64,000 nt of DNA from Schizochytrium sp. TIO01 (GCA_004764695.1 SMSO01000025.1:2294001-2358000), one strand, 5' to 3'; shown: positions 22,958 through 35,400, counted from the stretch's first letter. Notes: generated by a model not told the origin, from the sequence alone. Program-made: numbers and translations.

Positions 22958-25900
22958 CTACTTGTAATGCTGAAGCCAGCGATTTAGTATAACAGTAAGA
23001 TTTTCGTGTCCTGCACTTCGTGCGACGTCCGCTGCAACTTGCCCGGCGGCGTCTTGAACTCGAGGGTCCGCCCCGTGGAAAAGTAACAATCGAATAATCT
23101 CATTTTGGCCTGCTGCAGCGGCGACGTGGAGGGGAGACCGACCTTGAAAACGAACATTAGGATCCAGCCGCTGCATTTGAAGGAGTGACTTTGCTTGCTC
23201 TACATTTCCATGTTTAGCATACATAAAGAATGCCTCTATTTCAGCGTGATGTAGCAGCTTCATTGACTCCTTTCTCTCGAGTTTTGCTGACAACTCCCTC
23301 TTAGATTTTCTACCTGACAACATTGGTCGAGCACAATGCTGGTCTCTGAATTCTGTCACATCAGAAGTGACAGTTTCTAAAAATGATAGGCTTTCATGTA
23401 TTGAATCCTGATTCTCTGCAAAATTACGGGTGTCTTTTGTTCCGGCACAGTTTTTATCTTCCTGAGAAAGTTTAGTATTAAGTGAAGAAGAGGATCCAAG
23501 ACTGAGGGTGCTACGTTTCCTATTGGTTGAGGATGCCAGCTGTGCGTTCTTGTACGATGAGCCTGCTGATTCATTTTGTTGAGAAACGATGGGAGCTGGT
23601 ATGAATACCATCCTGGAGTCAAATTTTGAAGATGTTTTTGAAAAGGAAGGCAGCTTGGTTTGTCGTACAGATGATCGCTTTCGTACATTTCTCGAGTTTT
23701 TCCCCAATAACCTTCCAGTGGAAGCAGATGAAGAAAGCTTGTTGATGTTCCCGGATGATACCTTGGTTTCTGAAATTAACGTTTTAAAAGTTTTGGACTT
23801 TGACAAACTTTTGCTTGTTTTTCGAGAATCTGTATCTTTGCTCTGCTTCGGCACTGATATTGATACACTTTTTTTCTTTGATTTTGCGACATTTTTAGAC
23901 TTTTTTGAAGACTTGGGCTTCGCATTATTCTTTCTCAGTTTTTTGCTTTTAGGTGATTCTGAAGGGTCATCATCAGCCTGGTCGGCATCTCCTATCCCCT
24001 GTTCATCTTTACGTACACTTGAGGTAGAATTGTTTTCATCGTCCTCTTCAAGCATTGTTTCTAAAGAAGGCGTGCGCATGGTCAGTGTCTTTCTAGGAGC
24101 GTCACTTACTCCACCTTCCACTTTACTTTCCACTTCAGTTCCAGATTGAGATGCTTCCATCCTAGGAGAGTGAGAGCGGTCTTTTCTCTCCATTACAGAC
24201 TTTATTCCAGGCATGCCAGTTGACTCTGCATCCCCACGGCCAGTCACATGAGCTGGATTAAGAATTCCCAAGACACTTTCTGAAGCTGTGCCGTTGCGAT
24301 GGAACTGCTGTACTACCATGGGGGATGATTCGTCATATACACTGTAACTAAGACGTCGTAACATGCGACCAGCAGCTGATTTGACCTTACTAAGAACTTC
24401 CTGGTCTAGACTCGCAAACATTTCATTATCCCAAGCGTGGCTAGGGTTGTGCTTTGCAATTTCACAAGAAACGCATGCAAGATCAACACTATACACTTTG
24501 GTTTCTCCATGACGATCACAATGCCCAAATCCCTGACTCACAGAAAACGAGAGCTCATCCAAAGCCACCTCCCGAAAAGCACGGTCTGCCATAGCTACAA
24601 ATTCCTCCCAAGTAATTAACCCTGACCCATCAGCATCATATCGAGAGAATTTTTGGTTTGTTCGTGCTGACTGACCAATCCAACTACAAAAGTGAGCATG
24701 CATATCTCGCAATGACCAATCCGCAAAACTCTTAATGTAAATATCGTGTGGTTTGTCTAACAGTTGTCTTTGCTGAACATATGCACGAAGCTCAGCGGCA
24801 TCAATGCGACCACTCTGGTCAATATCAATACAAGCCCAAATTCTAGTATAGGCACGATATCTCAAGTATCGTCTCATGACAGCTTCTTTTTTTAACCGGC
24901 GCGAAAAGAGGCCAATAGACCAAGCAGAGGCAGAGGCATTTGCTGTTGCTGCGCTGTTGTCTGGTTCTGGGATCCCTTGTAGACCCAAATTAGCACTTTG
25001 TTTCGATATTTCGTTCAAGCGATTTTCAATGTATGCTATAAAAGACTCCTTTGTAAAAACCATGCACTCAGACGCACGGCGCATAGCAATATGCTTCAAG
25101 TCCAAGTCAGAGAAGTCGGATTCATGGAAACTATGGTGTTGCGCGTTTAAGGTTCCATCTTGCAAGAGGGCAACTAGCGCAGACCAATCAACAGAATTTT
25201 TGTCGACAAGCCCCGGTGCTTGATCTGCCTTTCTTGCTCGCTGCATTGCCTCCTGAATAAGCCTAGTTCGTGTTACGGGGGCACCGCCGCAGCTTTGCGA
25301 GACCTCCATATAGAAATTCTGAACGTGTTTCCAACCTGCCTCATTTTGTGCAGTGTGATCCTCTAAAAGGGATCTATTGGTTCGCTGCCGAGATGCCTCG
25401 GCTACAATCTCTTTAATTACTTGTTGGGTTTCTTCTCTTACGTCTCGACTACGCGTTGGTCTCTTTGACCCAATAAAGTGGCTATGCTTTTTGGAAATCG
25501 CGTTTTCATTTTGTACTCCTCCAGAAGCTTCAGCCTCTTCCCCTATCCTTTCATGTTCATTTACAATACTGCTAAGCCAAAACTCTGGAAGAGGTCGAAG
25601 GTCGAAATAGTTTGGAGGATAGTGCAAAACTGCGTTATCAACTGTGAGAGGAAGACCCGTGTCAAGTTGACCAAGCTGAATTGGATCTCGAATGATACCA
25701 ATGGCACATCTTAGCGTAGGCTTCTGTCTCTCGACTTCCGCATTCAGGCTATCTTCAACTTTGCCATTCTCCACAGTACTCAGCTTTAAGTTAAAGTTCA
25801 CAAGGCTGTGTGAACTAAATGATGCCAAGAATCGGGTTAAAAAGAGCTCCCCAGTGAAACATCTTTTCCCGTCAACCAAGACATGGAGTCTCCATGGCTG

Positions 25901-28582
25901 CATGAAAAGCTGCTGAAGGCCCGAACGATTTGATGCAAAATAGTGTACTCGAACTTGACGAACATTGCATGACTCGCGCTCTAACGCTTGCTCAGTAACC
26001 TCTACATCAACAGGGCCAGCCCAAGGGTGAAAGCTATATTGAATCTTGAATTTCCCTGAAGGTGCATCTTGAATATCTTGAAGAAACACAGCAAGTCGAT
26101 ATTGTACTCGAGTCGAATCTGGAATACTTTTGGGTTGACGCGACTCAAAGTCGGCCATTGCTCCTGCAGTTGTGCTTGTTAGCCTTGCGTTCAGTGATGC
26201 AGGTTGAAAATGGTCTTCAATTGATCCAGAGTAAGAGTACGCCACGCGTGATCCTGGCTTGGCACCATAACAAGGTGCCCCGGGGGTAACAATATCATTT
26301 ATTACCATTTTTCTATCCGTAGCACTAGTACCTGGAAGCCAAGAGATACCAACTTGTTTGCCTAATTCAAGAAGGTTTTCGTTTGCCTTCCAAATATTAT
26401 GGCACAAGTCACAAACCTGGAAAGAGTTACCAATGACTGCAGATGATCCAGGTTGCAATTCAGAAGAGTTGAAGCGTTCGTCAACTTTAGCAAAACTACA
26501 GTTGTCAAAGATTTTGACCCTTTGACCTCGGAGCAAAAGCTGCTTGCGCAACCCTCTTGCAAGAACAGTTGTTAGTTCGAACGGCATAAAGTTGGTGGTT
26601 TCATGAACTGCATTTTTTTGGCTAGGGGATCTAGCAACTGGGGACTTGAGGCCGTCTCTTGCAGGTAGAGCTCCCATTTGCGGTGAAATTGGGCTACCTG
26701 GAAGTGAGCCTATCTCCTCTGTTTTCATTTGGTTGACTTGTTTTGACTCTGGTATGAAATTGCCTATCGTGTTTTCGAGGTCAGGGATTGACTCTAACTT
26801 TTCATTTTTACTGCCAATAGGGCGGTTGCACATTGAACAAGGCCTAGACAAAGGCCCCCCAATGACTGCCAAGGCTTTTGCTCTTTTCGTTGCATGCATC
26901 TGTCTGATGAGATGGCGCCTTTGAATTACCTGTGCTTCCTCTTCCTCTGAATCATAATAGTCACCTTGTTCAGCTCGGCGCTGCTGAATTGCAAGCTCAA
27001 TTTGGCTTGCCTCGCGGAAGGCCTCACTTGTAAGCTCAAATCCTCGAATACTAGTCAACACCCATTCATTCTTTGACGATCTCACAAAATCACATTGTAG
27101 TTGCTCAAAACCGAAACAGCTTAAACCATAATCGTAAGAAATTGATGCTTCCATATGTTTGACTAGATTGTCAAGAGCTTCAGAAACTTCCTCTACTGCT
27201 GAGTTTGCCACTCTAAAAGTGGATGTTCGATCTTTATCGGCTGCACTGGGACAGAACCACGCAGAAAGTAAGCGCTCCTCCATGAAATGCTGTGCTCGAG
27301 GTGCTGAGGACTTGACATTCTTTGTAAGGTCTTTCGAGGTCAGGGAGCCCGCATCATTCTCTTCAAAAATACCCGCTCCTTCACTATTCTGTACAAACCT
27401 TGACGCATTTATATAAGAACGAACACCTGCAATATTCACAACAACTGCAGGTCGATAGCGGCGCCATGTGGCCCGGTACACGGAAGGTTTTGCTCCTTTA
27501 GGTTTAATAAATCTCTGGAATATGCAGACATCTGGACGTTGCTCAAACTTGCTCAAGAGTGTCGCACGATTGACTGCCCGTGTTTCTGTGCCTTCAAGAT
27601 GCCTCCACGAAGCCAATTTTAGGATTGCAACAATGGGCTCTCTCTCCTCACCAATAGGCTTTGCACGTTCCGTCCAGCGTCTAGATAAGTTTTCTTCCCA
27701 TTTGTCAGAATCAAGAGACTCCTTGATGATGCCTTGAGATTTAGCGTTGTATCTCAAAAGCATTCGCTTTCCGCGCCTTCCAAAAATCGCTGTCTCAGGT
27801 ATACGAATATGCAATAAACCATCTCTGGTCTTAGAGGAGGATGACGATGATGCCCCGGCTTTCGTTGGGCTCGCTGGTCGGCCAGGAGAACCCAAGTCAC
27901 GTTTTGACATCCGAAGTGGCCTTAAATGAAACAACATCTCTGGACCTGGGGCAAACGGCAATAGTTTGTAATAGGAATGATTTGCATGCACGCGCCATGG
28001 ATTATTTTGAGAGCCGAAACTAGTTCCTGATACGACATGACTATTTTCTCGATTGAGATCATTGTCTTGCCTTGTCACATTATTTTTTTGGGGGCTATGC
28101 AAAGGCTTACGGGGATGTAAAGCGAGATGCAATCGCTCTTGCTCATATTCTGAATATATATGATGGTTTTGACGAAACGAACTATCTTGATCCCCATCAA
28201 GCTGATCATCATCGATGGGGTCATCTGGTGCTGTCAAGAAAATGCTTGATGGCCGTTTATCAGAGGATCTGCTGCTATTTTCGCTGGCTTGGTCCAGGTG
28301 CTTACTGGTTGATTCGCTTCTCTCGCTCCCAGTTGGACTCAATTGTACGCCCTCATGCCTTGCAGAGGATTGTTGAGATGCGCAATCTGCATATTCATCA
28401 GAAAGCTGTGATGTACTTGAGTTAATACAATCTGAATTCTCATCTCGGGAGCTTTCTTGCTGAGTCTTTATTGGTATAGTGATATTGCAATCTCGTTTGC
28501 GTTCTTTTCGCTGCTCCGTAGCGTAGTTTGACAGAACTGTCTCATAATGTGATTCCTCGCCAGCTTCTTCTGCCACAGACAT
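22958..28582 (-). CDS. Large multidomain protein with two canonical EF-hands, C-terminal ankyrin repeats, and possible ATP-grasp-like and C2-like domains
   Basis: First ATG at 28582 (MSVAEE). EF loops DIDQSGRIDAAE and DADGSGLITWEE. Ankyrin GRSPLHVAAAAGQNEIIRLLLFHGAD. CxxC pairs CSMC and CDLC. Confidence 0.8.
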   Translation of the reverse strand: MSVAEEAGEESHYETVLSNYATEQRKERKRDCNITIPIKTQQESSRDENSDCINSSTSQLSDEYADCASQQSSARHEGVQLSPTGSERSESTSKHLDQASENSSRSSDKRPSSIFLTAPDDPIDDDQLDGDQDSSFRQNHHIYSEYEQERLHLALHPRKPLHSPQKNNVTRQDNDLNRENSHVVSGTSFGSQNNPWRVHANHSYYKLLPFAPGPEMLFHLRPLRMSKRDLGSPGRPASPTKAGASSSSSSKTRDGLLHIRIPETAIFGRRGKRMLLRYNAKSQGIIKESLDSDKWEENLSRRWTERAKPIGEEREPIVAILKLASWRHLEGTETRAVNRATLLSKFEQRPDVCIFQRFIKPKGAKPSVYRATWRRYRPAVVVNIAGVRSYINASRFVQNSEGAGIFEENDAGSLTSKDLTKNVKSSAPRAQHFMEERLLSAWFCPSAADKDRTSTFRVANSAVEEVSEALDNLVKHMEASISYDYGLSCFGFEQLQCDFVRSSKNEWVLTSIRGFELTSEAFREASQIELAIQQRRAEQGDYYDSEEEEAQVIQRRHLIRQMHATKRAKALAVIGGPLSRPCSMCNRPIGSKNEKLESIPDLENTIGNFIPESKQVNQMKTEEIGSLPGSPISPQMGALPARDGLKSPVARSPSQKNAVHETTNFMPFELTTVLARGLRKQLLLRGQRVKIFDNCSFAKVDERFNSSELQPGSSAVIGNSFQVCDLCHNIWKANENLLELGKQVGISWLPGTSATDRKMVINDIVTPGAPCYGAKPGSRVAYSYSGSIEDHFQPASLNARLTSTTAGAMADFESRQPKSIPDSTRVQYRLAVFLQDIQDAPSGKFKIQYSFHPWAGPVDVEVTEQALERESCNVRQVRVHYFASNRSGLQQLFMQPWRLHVLVDGKRCFTGELFLTRFLASFSSHSLVNFNLKLSTVENGKVEDSLNAEVERQKPTLRCAIGIIRDPIQLGQLDTGLPLTVDNAVLHYPPNYFDLRPLPEFWLSSIVNEHERIGEEAEASGGVQNENAISKKHSHFIGSKRPTRSRDVREETQQVIKEIVAEASRQRTNRSLLEDHTAQNEAGWKHVQNFYMEVSQSCGGAPVTRTRLIQEAMQRARKADQAPGLVDKNSVDWSALVALLQDGTLNAQHHSFHESDFSDLDLKHIAMRRASECMVFTKESFIAYIENRLNEISKQSANLGLQGIPEPDNSAATANASASAWSIGLFSRRLKKEAVMRRYLRYRAYTRIWACIDIDQSGRIDAAELRAYVQQRQLLDKPHDIYIKSFADWSLRDMHAHFCSWIGQSARTNQKFSRYDADGSGLITWEEFVAMADRAFREVALDELSFSVSQGFGHCDRHGETKVYSVDLACVSCEIAKHNPSHAWDNEMFASLDQEVLSKVKSAAGRMLRRLSYSVYDESSPMVVQQFHRNGTASESVLGILNPAHVTGRGDAESTGMPGIKSVMERKDRSHSPRMEASQSGTEVESKVEGGVSDAPRKTLTMRTPSLETMLEEDDENNSTSSVRKDEQGIGDADQADDDPSESPKSKKLRKNNAKPKSSKKSKNVAKSKKKSVSISVPKQSKDTDSRKTSKSLSKSKTFKTLISETKVSSGNINKLSSSASTGRLLGKNSRNVRKRSSVRQTKLPSFSKTSSKFDSRMVFIPAPIVSQQNESAGSSYKNAQLASSTNRKRSTLSLGSSSSLNTKLSQEDKNCAGTKDTRNFAENQDSIHESLSFLETVTSDVTEFRDQHCARPMLSGRKSKRELSAKLERKESMKLLHHAEIEAFFMYAKHGNVEQAKSLLQMQRLDPNVRFQGRSPLHVAAAAGQNEIIRLLLFHGADPRVQDAAGQVAADVARSAGHENLTVILNRWLQHYK

Positions 28583-29557
28583 TGACCGTGAAGGTTGCTT
28601 GTTCCAATGAGGTTTCTTTTGCAGACGCACGCCCCCGATCCCTCAAGAGCTACTACGATGTTGCGTATTTGTTTGCCTAGACGATCACTCTTGATCTTGT
28701 CAATTCTGTCAATCGCAACTTCTGTCTTGCCTTTGTCCTGAAGCACTTGGCATCCGCAAGCAGGCGCCCGAGCTCCTGCTAGCCCGATATTAACTATTCC
28801 ATCCCGCTTTAGTACAAAAAGAAATGAGCTTCTCTCACCAAATCGCGGTACCCTACGTACCTATATACCTCATAGGGCCGTTACGGTCCATCTTCAGAAT
28901 TACATTTCTAAACTAAAAATAGGCAATTATCTCTCAGAAACCAGCACATTTGCCTATGTGCTTCTATTACAAACCTTGGAGTATACTGTCTGTATACTGT
29001 CTGAAAGAGGCGACCGCACACCTATGGTGTTCTATAGTTATAGGTAGATAGTGGTCGGTATGCACCAGTGTAGACAATCTTAGTCATTACGCTCCCAGGA
29101 CAGAGCGATGAACTTGACAAACTTGAACCCCGCGGCGAAGCTCCGCCGCGAGCTGTAAAGCTGCTAGAGGCTGGGCAGGGCCGCAACCATCTACTGGACA
29201 CGACCTTCAGCTACGGGATTGGGTGCATAGTTTAGACGGTACCTCTGGACGGGCAGGAGGTATACAGCGACAGGGCCGTCCACTACTGATTTATGGCTCG
29301 AACACTCCAGGTGTACAAGCAGAGGCTCGAAATACACAAATCCGCGGTCGCCCTTACTGCCGCCGGGAAGGGTTCTTGCTTGACGAGCGAGCTTCAGACC
29401 TTCGTGTATCGTAGGTGTGACTTAATCTAAAGCCGTCTGATCTTGCAAGCGTATACACCTTTGTGCGTTATTTGCCTGTTTTCTTTGAGTTCGCTATCAA
29501 TACTGACACAACTCAATTGTACATCTTGAAGTGAGTGCCCACGCAGCAGTCTAGGCA

Positions 29558-30238
29558 GTGTCAGCCATGGGTACTCTCTCTACTGTCGAGCAACATGCCG
29601 CAGCAGTGTTTGTAAACGCTCGAAAGAGTGCTCACCATGTTCTGAAGAAACATTCGCTTCACAAAAATCATCAGTATGATGCAAATTGTACGAATAATTC
29701 TTCCTCTGGGAGGACCGGGCATCCAATTGGGAGTATTGTATCAAATGTTACATTTTCAAGTTTAATGGCTTGTCTGTCATTTACTCTAATAGTTTTGTGC
29801 ATTTTCTTTGTGATGAATTCTTTCGCAGACTGGCTTATCACTCTGCGAAATCAGCGTGCCGAAGCTCGAGCAGAGGCACAGAGACTCCTTGAACAAGCCC
29901 GCAAGGATCACCAGGAATCCGTTGTAGAATTCCAAAAGACGAGCCTTCAGCATCGTCAAACTGCTCAGAAAATGCTTCTGCAGTGTGTAGACATATCTTC
30001 TCCGCATGAGGAACCCGAGCGTCGGCGGAAATGTAGAAATCTCGAACAGGAGGAAGACTGTATTGGTAAACTTCCTGTTGAAAATGATCTCCTTCGATTC
30101 ATCGTGTCCACGTCTTCAGTGCGGGAACTCTTAGTCCAATCTGGACGGAGGGAGGCTCTGCAGACATCAAGATTTCCGTCTACAGCATTGCAGGTCAAAT
30201 CACAGGTGATTCGCCCACCAGTTCGCCGTCGCTGGTGA
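29558..30238 (+). CDS. Hypothetical coiled-coil protein (exon structure unresolved; the middle of the ORF may be intronic)
   Basis: Coiled-coil-like LRNQRAEARAEAQRLLEQARKD follows a good acceptor (ttttcgcag, ~29829). Upstream exons could not be joined unambiguously. Confidence 0.4.
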   Translation: MSAMGTLSTVEQHAAAVFVNARKSAHHVLKKHSLHKNHQYDANCTNNSSSGRTGHPIGSIVSNVTFSSLMACLSFTLIVLCIFFVMNSFADWLITLRNQRAEARAEAQRLLEQARKDHQESVVEFQKTSLQHRQTAQKMLLQCVDISSPHEEPERRRKCRNLEQEEDCIGKLPVENDLLRFIVSTSSVRELLVQSGRREALQTSRFPSTALQVKSQVIRPPVRRRW

Positions 30239-30710
30239 TAAAATCAGATGCAACCACCAAATCAAAATTGAACCTGGATTTGTCGCCTCAAATCACATGT
30301 TTTCTTAATTTAAGTTCTTGTTTAATACATGCAACCATTTTAGAGTTTGCTGCTATGAAATCTTATACCTAGTAGTTTTTGTATCGTCTGGTCTCTCTCA
30401 CACAGATTTGCTCTAGGTCAAAGGCTGTCCACTGTCAGAATAGACCACCAACCAGGACGTCTACTATACCCCTATAAATAGCTTAAGTAGTCATATAGGA
30501 GTGCCATTATGAAGGTTTTGAGATAGAACAGAACAGCATCTATATCAATCAAAATACAGGCCAAGATACAGTTACGCGTTCTTTCCAAAACATGTAGATT
30601 GCCCTACTTTTCTTCGGTAGTTAGGCATTGAAAATAATCAAGTGGACCTTCAAAGCTTCTTCTTTCTTACGCCGGTAGCACAGGACTCGCAGCAAGACAC
30701 CTTGGGAAGA

Positions 30711-31961
30711 ATGGAGGTTGACGAAGGCTCGAGTTTACATACTGTAGAGGCCTCTAGACTATGCGAAACTCAAAATGACCCAGCTGTGACTTCTTCTCGC
30801 GAGGCGATTGCAGAGCGCATCTTGCACATGCAGTTGCGCAAGATCGTTAAGGAGAACCACCTTGCACCCGTGGAGATGCTCCTGTACCATCCTAAAGAAT
30901 CAAATCGTCACATGCTGGCCACTTCAGGAGCTAATATGGTGAGTATTTACGACAACAATCACTGCGGTGGTCATCTTGACCTTTCGTGCTTTCTGCAGAA
31001 TGTTGAGACTGAATATGCCAAGGGTGGCGCTGTCACTTCAATCGCATGGCTACAGCAACCTAAAACATGGGAGAATGAGGCTCTTCTAGCATTTGCTGGA
31101 GTTGAAGGTGAGGTCAGTGTCATGAGCGTAGCTAATTGCCGAGTCGTGGGGCTTTTCCAGGGCCACAGCGGTCGGGTTGTCGATATTGCAGCTCATCCTA
31201 CACTCCCTGGTGTTGTCCTTTCTGCTGGAGCGGACGGCACAGTACGCATGTGGAATGGCATGCAAGAGCATGACTATGCAACAAAGGAACAGGAGTCTCG
31301 TCCTAAGTGCCTTGCAGTTTTCAACATTGGGCCAGGTGCACCTACTAGCGTGGCTTGCCATCCGCACGGGGAAAGTTTTGTTGTAGGTTACGAAAACGGC
31401 CGCGTGGCGTTTTTTGATGCAAACATGATCGAATGTTGGACAAATGCCACTATCAAACCAGAATCAGAATCTTCAACTTCTGCATCTATCTTGCCAAGAG
31501 ACGTGCAATCTCGGGATTTAATCCTTGCTGGTAAATCTTGCATCGACTGTCTTGAGTTTGTGGAGGAGCTGCGTGTCGCAGCGCTTGACGCAGACGGCCA
31601 GCTTTACATCATCAATTCACACTCTGGAGAGATAACACAAATGTCTTTGCCTGAATCCAGTGCAGCTGCTGGTGTAAGCCGTCCGCTCCATCGTCGCACA
31701 AGATTTGGTATTTCGAACTGTCGTAATTTTATTTGCTGTGGAAATGACTGGGGCGAAGTTTACGTATTCGACCTTACTGCTGCGAAGAACATTCATATGA
31801 TTGGCATGCCCCGTATCCGAAGCCCTGTGACGTCTTGCCATTTTATCCGAGATTGCTCTAGCATTGCTATTTCCACTGCTGACTCAATAATCTGGCGTTG
31901 GGACTCCGTTCTTCCCGAAGAATCTACCGCTGTGCCAATCGAGGAAACCGAGTCAGCTTAG
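30711..31961 (+). CDS. WD40 protein, EED/ESC/FIE- or LRWD1-like
   Basis: ATG at 30711. KENH.AP, LATSGANMVSIYD, LLAFAG.EG.V.V, GH...V.DIA.HP....VLS...DGTVRMWN and RFG...ICCGN..GEVYVFDL parallel EED/FIE blocks. Confidence 0.7.
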   Translation: MEVDEGSSLHTVEASRLCETQNDPAVTSSREAIAERILHMQLRKIVKENHLAPVEMLLYHPKESNRHMLATSGANMVSIYDNNHCGGHLDLSCFLQNVETEYAKGGAVTSIAWLQQPKTWENEALLAFAGVEGEVSVMSVANCRVVGLFQGHSGRVVDIAAHPTLPGVVLSAGADGTVRMWNGMQEHDYATKEQESRPKCLAVFNIGPGAPTSVACHPHGESFVVGYENGRVAFFDANMIECWTNATIKPESESSTSASILPRDVQSRDLILAGKSCIDCLEFVEELRVAALDADGQLYIINSHSGEITQMSLPESSAAAGVSRPLHRRTRFGISNCRNFICCGNDWGEVYVFDLTAAKNIHMIGMPRIRSPVTSCHFIRDCSSIAISTADSIIWRWDSVLPEESTAVPIEETESA

Positions 31962-32448
31962 ACCACTGATGCGAAAAATCAATCTAAAGAGAGCTGCATT
32001 GCACTCTTGCCTGCCAAAATAAACTACGATGCTGCTAACCCAAATTCATACACGATTCTGCAAGTAGCAACAGCTTTGAAATAGCACTTGTTACGAATTC
32101 AGCATTTAACATTGTCGAATGCTAGGAATTCTCTTCGATCGTGCTCCTGAACTCTCACATGTAAGACCCCTATTCAAGCCCATTTTTTCTTATACACTCC
32201 CTAGATTTCCCAAGTCTTAGCAATCATTAATACAGATTGACAATAAACCACTAGTCTTTTCTCCTTTTGTTTTGTGTCTAACAACCACTAATATACTACT
32301 AAGATATAGCTAGTAGCACATAAACGGACATCTCTGTGTTCTTTGAGGACTAACAACAAAAATAACAACAACAACATGATAGTTCTTTCAACCAAAGGTC
32401 AAATGCACAGGAGGGCACAAACCGCTTCAAGATACATACGAGAAAAGT

Positions 32449-35400
32449 ATGAGGACAGGCGAAAGCTCGGATGTGTCAATTCTCCTTGCACAACTTGAGG
32501 CTTCGGTGGCAAGACTTGAACAAGGCACTCAAGAGCTAAATGAGGACATCGACCTTACAGACGACGAAGAAGCCCAAAATGGCGCGGTCCTTCGAGAGTA
32601 TGACGGAACAAAATGGACATTCGAGGGAGTTGTTCAACAAAACAAAATTCAAGAAACCAATCATGGATTTAGGCGCAGCCTCAAGAGATCCAACTTAAAT
32701 AATGATGATAAAGAGAGAGGTCCAGCAAAACAAGGCCATTTGCAAACTGAGTTGGAAGATCCTCTAGCACGCTATAAGACAAACAACAAAGCTCACCCTC
32801 GCGAAGGTTTTTCTACACCAGCCCCTGGACATTATAATCCAGAAATAAAACTAGTCAAGCCTCGCCCACCATCAGTTAAAATGATGCTTCCGAGCGGCAA
32901 AAGTCGAAAGCGACAACCTCTGACCTCTCCCTCAGCGACCTTGCCCACTCAAGAGTGTCTTTCCAAATCTCTTGCGGCATCATCTCGAATTCGACGAGCG
33001 CCGGGACTGAGATGGGTTAAGTCAAGTGAAGAAGACAAAAAACAAATGAAACCTGAAAGAAAGGAGACACCAGGCGTTGGGGACTACAATTTGCAGCATA
33101 CTCTCGTTGAGAAACGTGTCAAAGGCGTTTCTTTTGCCAAACCTCAAGCCTTATTATATAAGAATAGCTGTGGGAAAGAAGATGATGCAAGCAAAACAGA
33201 GGTATATGAGAAAATTCAGCAACTAGGTGACCAACGTAATGCCGTGAGTTTAGAACCTTCATATCAGGCTATAGAACCACGGGTAAAAGGGGTGACCTCG
33301 TGGCGGACGCCGAGCCAACTAGTATACGTTGGATGTAGCAAAACAGCATACAAAAGCAGTATTGATACCCCCAATGCAGGACCCACTATCGAAGAAACCC
33401 AAGCTGAGGAAGAAAGTAATGTATTCAAGGCTTGGGAATCTGTTCAGCCTCATGTTGCAGCTGTCGCTTGGGCTGCGCCAGCACAGGATCGGTATAGACC
33501 TAGACATATGCCAGACAGTGGAGTGGATGGACAATTACAAACAGAACAAAACCCATTGAGCTCTATTGATCGGCGTGTAGAGCCAACCACCATGCAAAAG
33601 TATACTCCGGTATCAAGTGGATTTGCACCAGCCGTGCCACCATCAAAACAGTTGCTTGCAAGACAAACTCGAGATTTAGTGACAAGTTCAAAACTTGGGC
33701 CTGGCGCACACTATATAGCTGAACAATTTTCTACTTTCGGGAGAGACTGTGTAGGGCCAAGATTTGTGGACCCAAAACAAACGACAAAACGACGACGCCC
33801 ATTCTCTTCCGAATTCGACGCTGACGAAAGTCCCGCAGTAGGAACATACAATATCAATGATGCAAGTGTTTCAACGCGACGACGTGTTCAAGGAGGCGTT
33901 AGCTGGGCAAAAACCTCCAAACGTTGGGTCAAGCAAGCTTCAGAAAAGACCAAAACGTCTCAGCATCCAAATGAGCAGAATGAAAATATTTTCTTGAATC
34001 AATCAACTACACTTTCATCACCGGGTGCATGTGACAACGATTTATTGTCCATACATAGTTATGATTCTGATTTATCATCCTCTTCTGATTGGGCTGAGGA
34101 GAAAGATGCTCGGCAAGAAGGTAAATATAATGAAGACGAGAACGACAATGATGAGTCTACTTGGTCAGAATCAGAGCCAGATTCTGATGTAGGCATGGAT
34201 GGCTTGGCCCAAAAACTTCTAGCTTCTCCTCCGAATTGCCAATCTAACGGAACCAAGGGCCCTCCTCCATCTTCATGGGCTCGGAAGTCATTTCAGGAGG
34301 AAGCAGATCCAAGACGAGCTTTGATCCTCCAAAGGCACTTAAGGCAAAAGAGAAAAGAGAAACGTGGTCCTGCTCGGATTTTAGAACCTAACCGAGAAGC
34401 AATTGAGCCTCGACGTTCCACACATATTATTTCCATGAAAAATGGAGAGCAATCCCGAGCAAAACAGCTTAAGCAGAATGCCATCATCCAAGAGAAGGTG
34501 CTTGCGGTGACTATGAAAAAGTCTTCTCGCGCAAATAAATTGCTTGCAGAGCTGGGTATCGATATCGATGATTTAGATTATGACTCCCGTATCAATTTAA
34601 ATGATACTGAGCTACAGGATCCAGCAAAGATCAAAGGATTTGCCTATCGGATACCGAGCGAGCTTCCACCTCAAGCGATTGAAGCTCGCACACGCCGAGA
34701 ACTTGAAGAACAATATCGTGGACCTGGAACTTATGGTGGAGCAGCTGCACACAAAGCTTGGTTGCCTGAGGACGATTCTGAGAATGCTTATATGGGCCGC
34801 TTTACTGGCCGTGAACGCATTCATATCTCAAAGAAGGGGAAAATTACTACTGTCGAATTTGGAGCTGTACATGCAGAGCAGGAAGCTTCTGAAGATGCTG
34901 ACTTAGGCCCAGGACACTATTCAGTTCCCACAGGAGTTACGCGCTTTGGCGTTGAGAAAGTTCGTGGCCCAGACATGGATCGCATGCTGACTGGGAGTCG
35001 CTGTGCTGATCAGAGTGAAGAGATTCCGGATGAAGGTGCCATTTTAGAGCTCAACGCACCACTAGTGAAGGAGAGATTGCGAAAGGTAGCTCCTGGCGAA
35101 CGTGGCTTCACCTTTTCCAAATTGAATTATGCGAAACGAACCTCGACAGATAGTGAAGATAAAAACGAAGAAGGATATGTCTTGGATCTTGCACCTGACA
35201 GGGAGAAATTTAAGTTCGAACGAACTCAAGGGATTATTCCTATGGACAAGATGCCTGAGCGCTTCCAGTTTAGTAAAAAAAATGGCAAAAACGAGATTGA
35301 TTCTGTAGGGGGGGTTTCCGAAGAAATACAACTAGACCTTGATGCAGAACGAGGTCGATTATTCATAGGAAAACGCTCGCAAACAGCTAATTTGTCAGCA

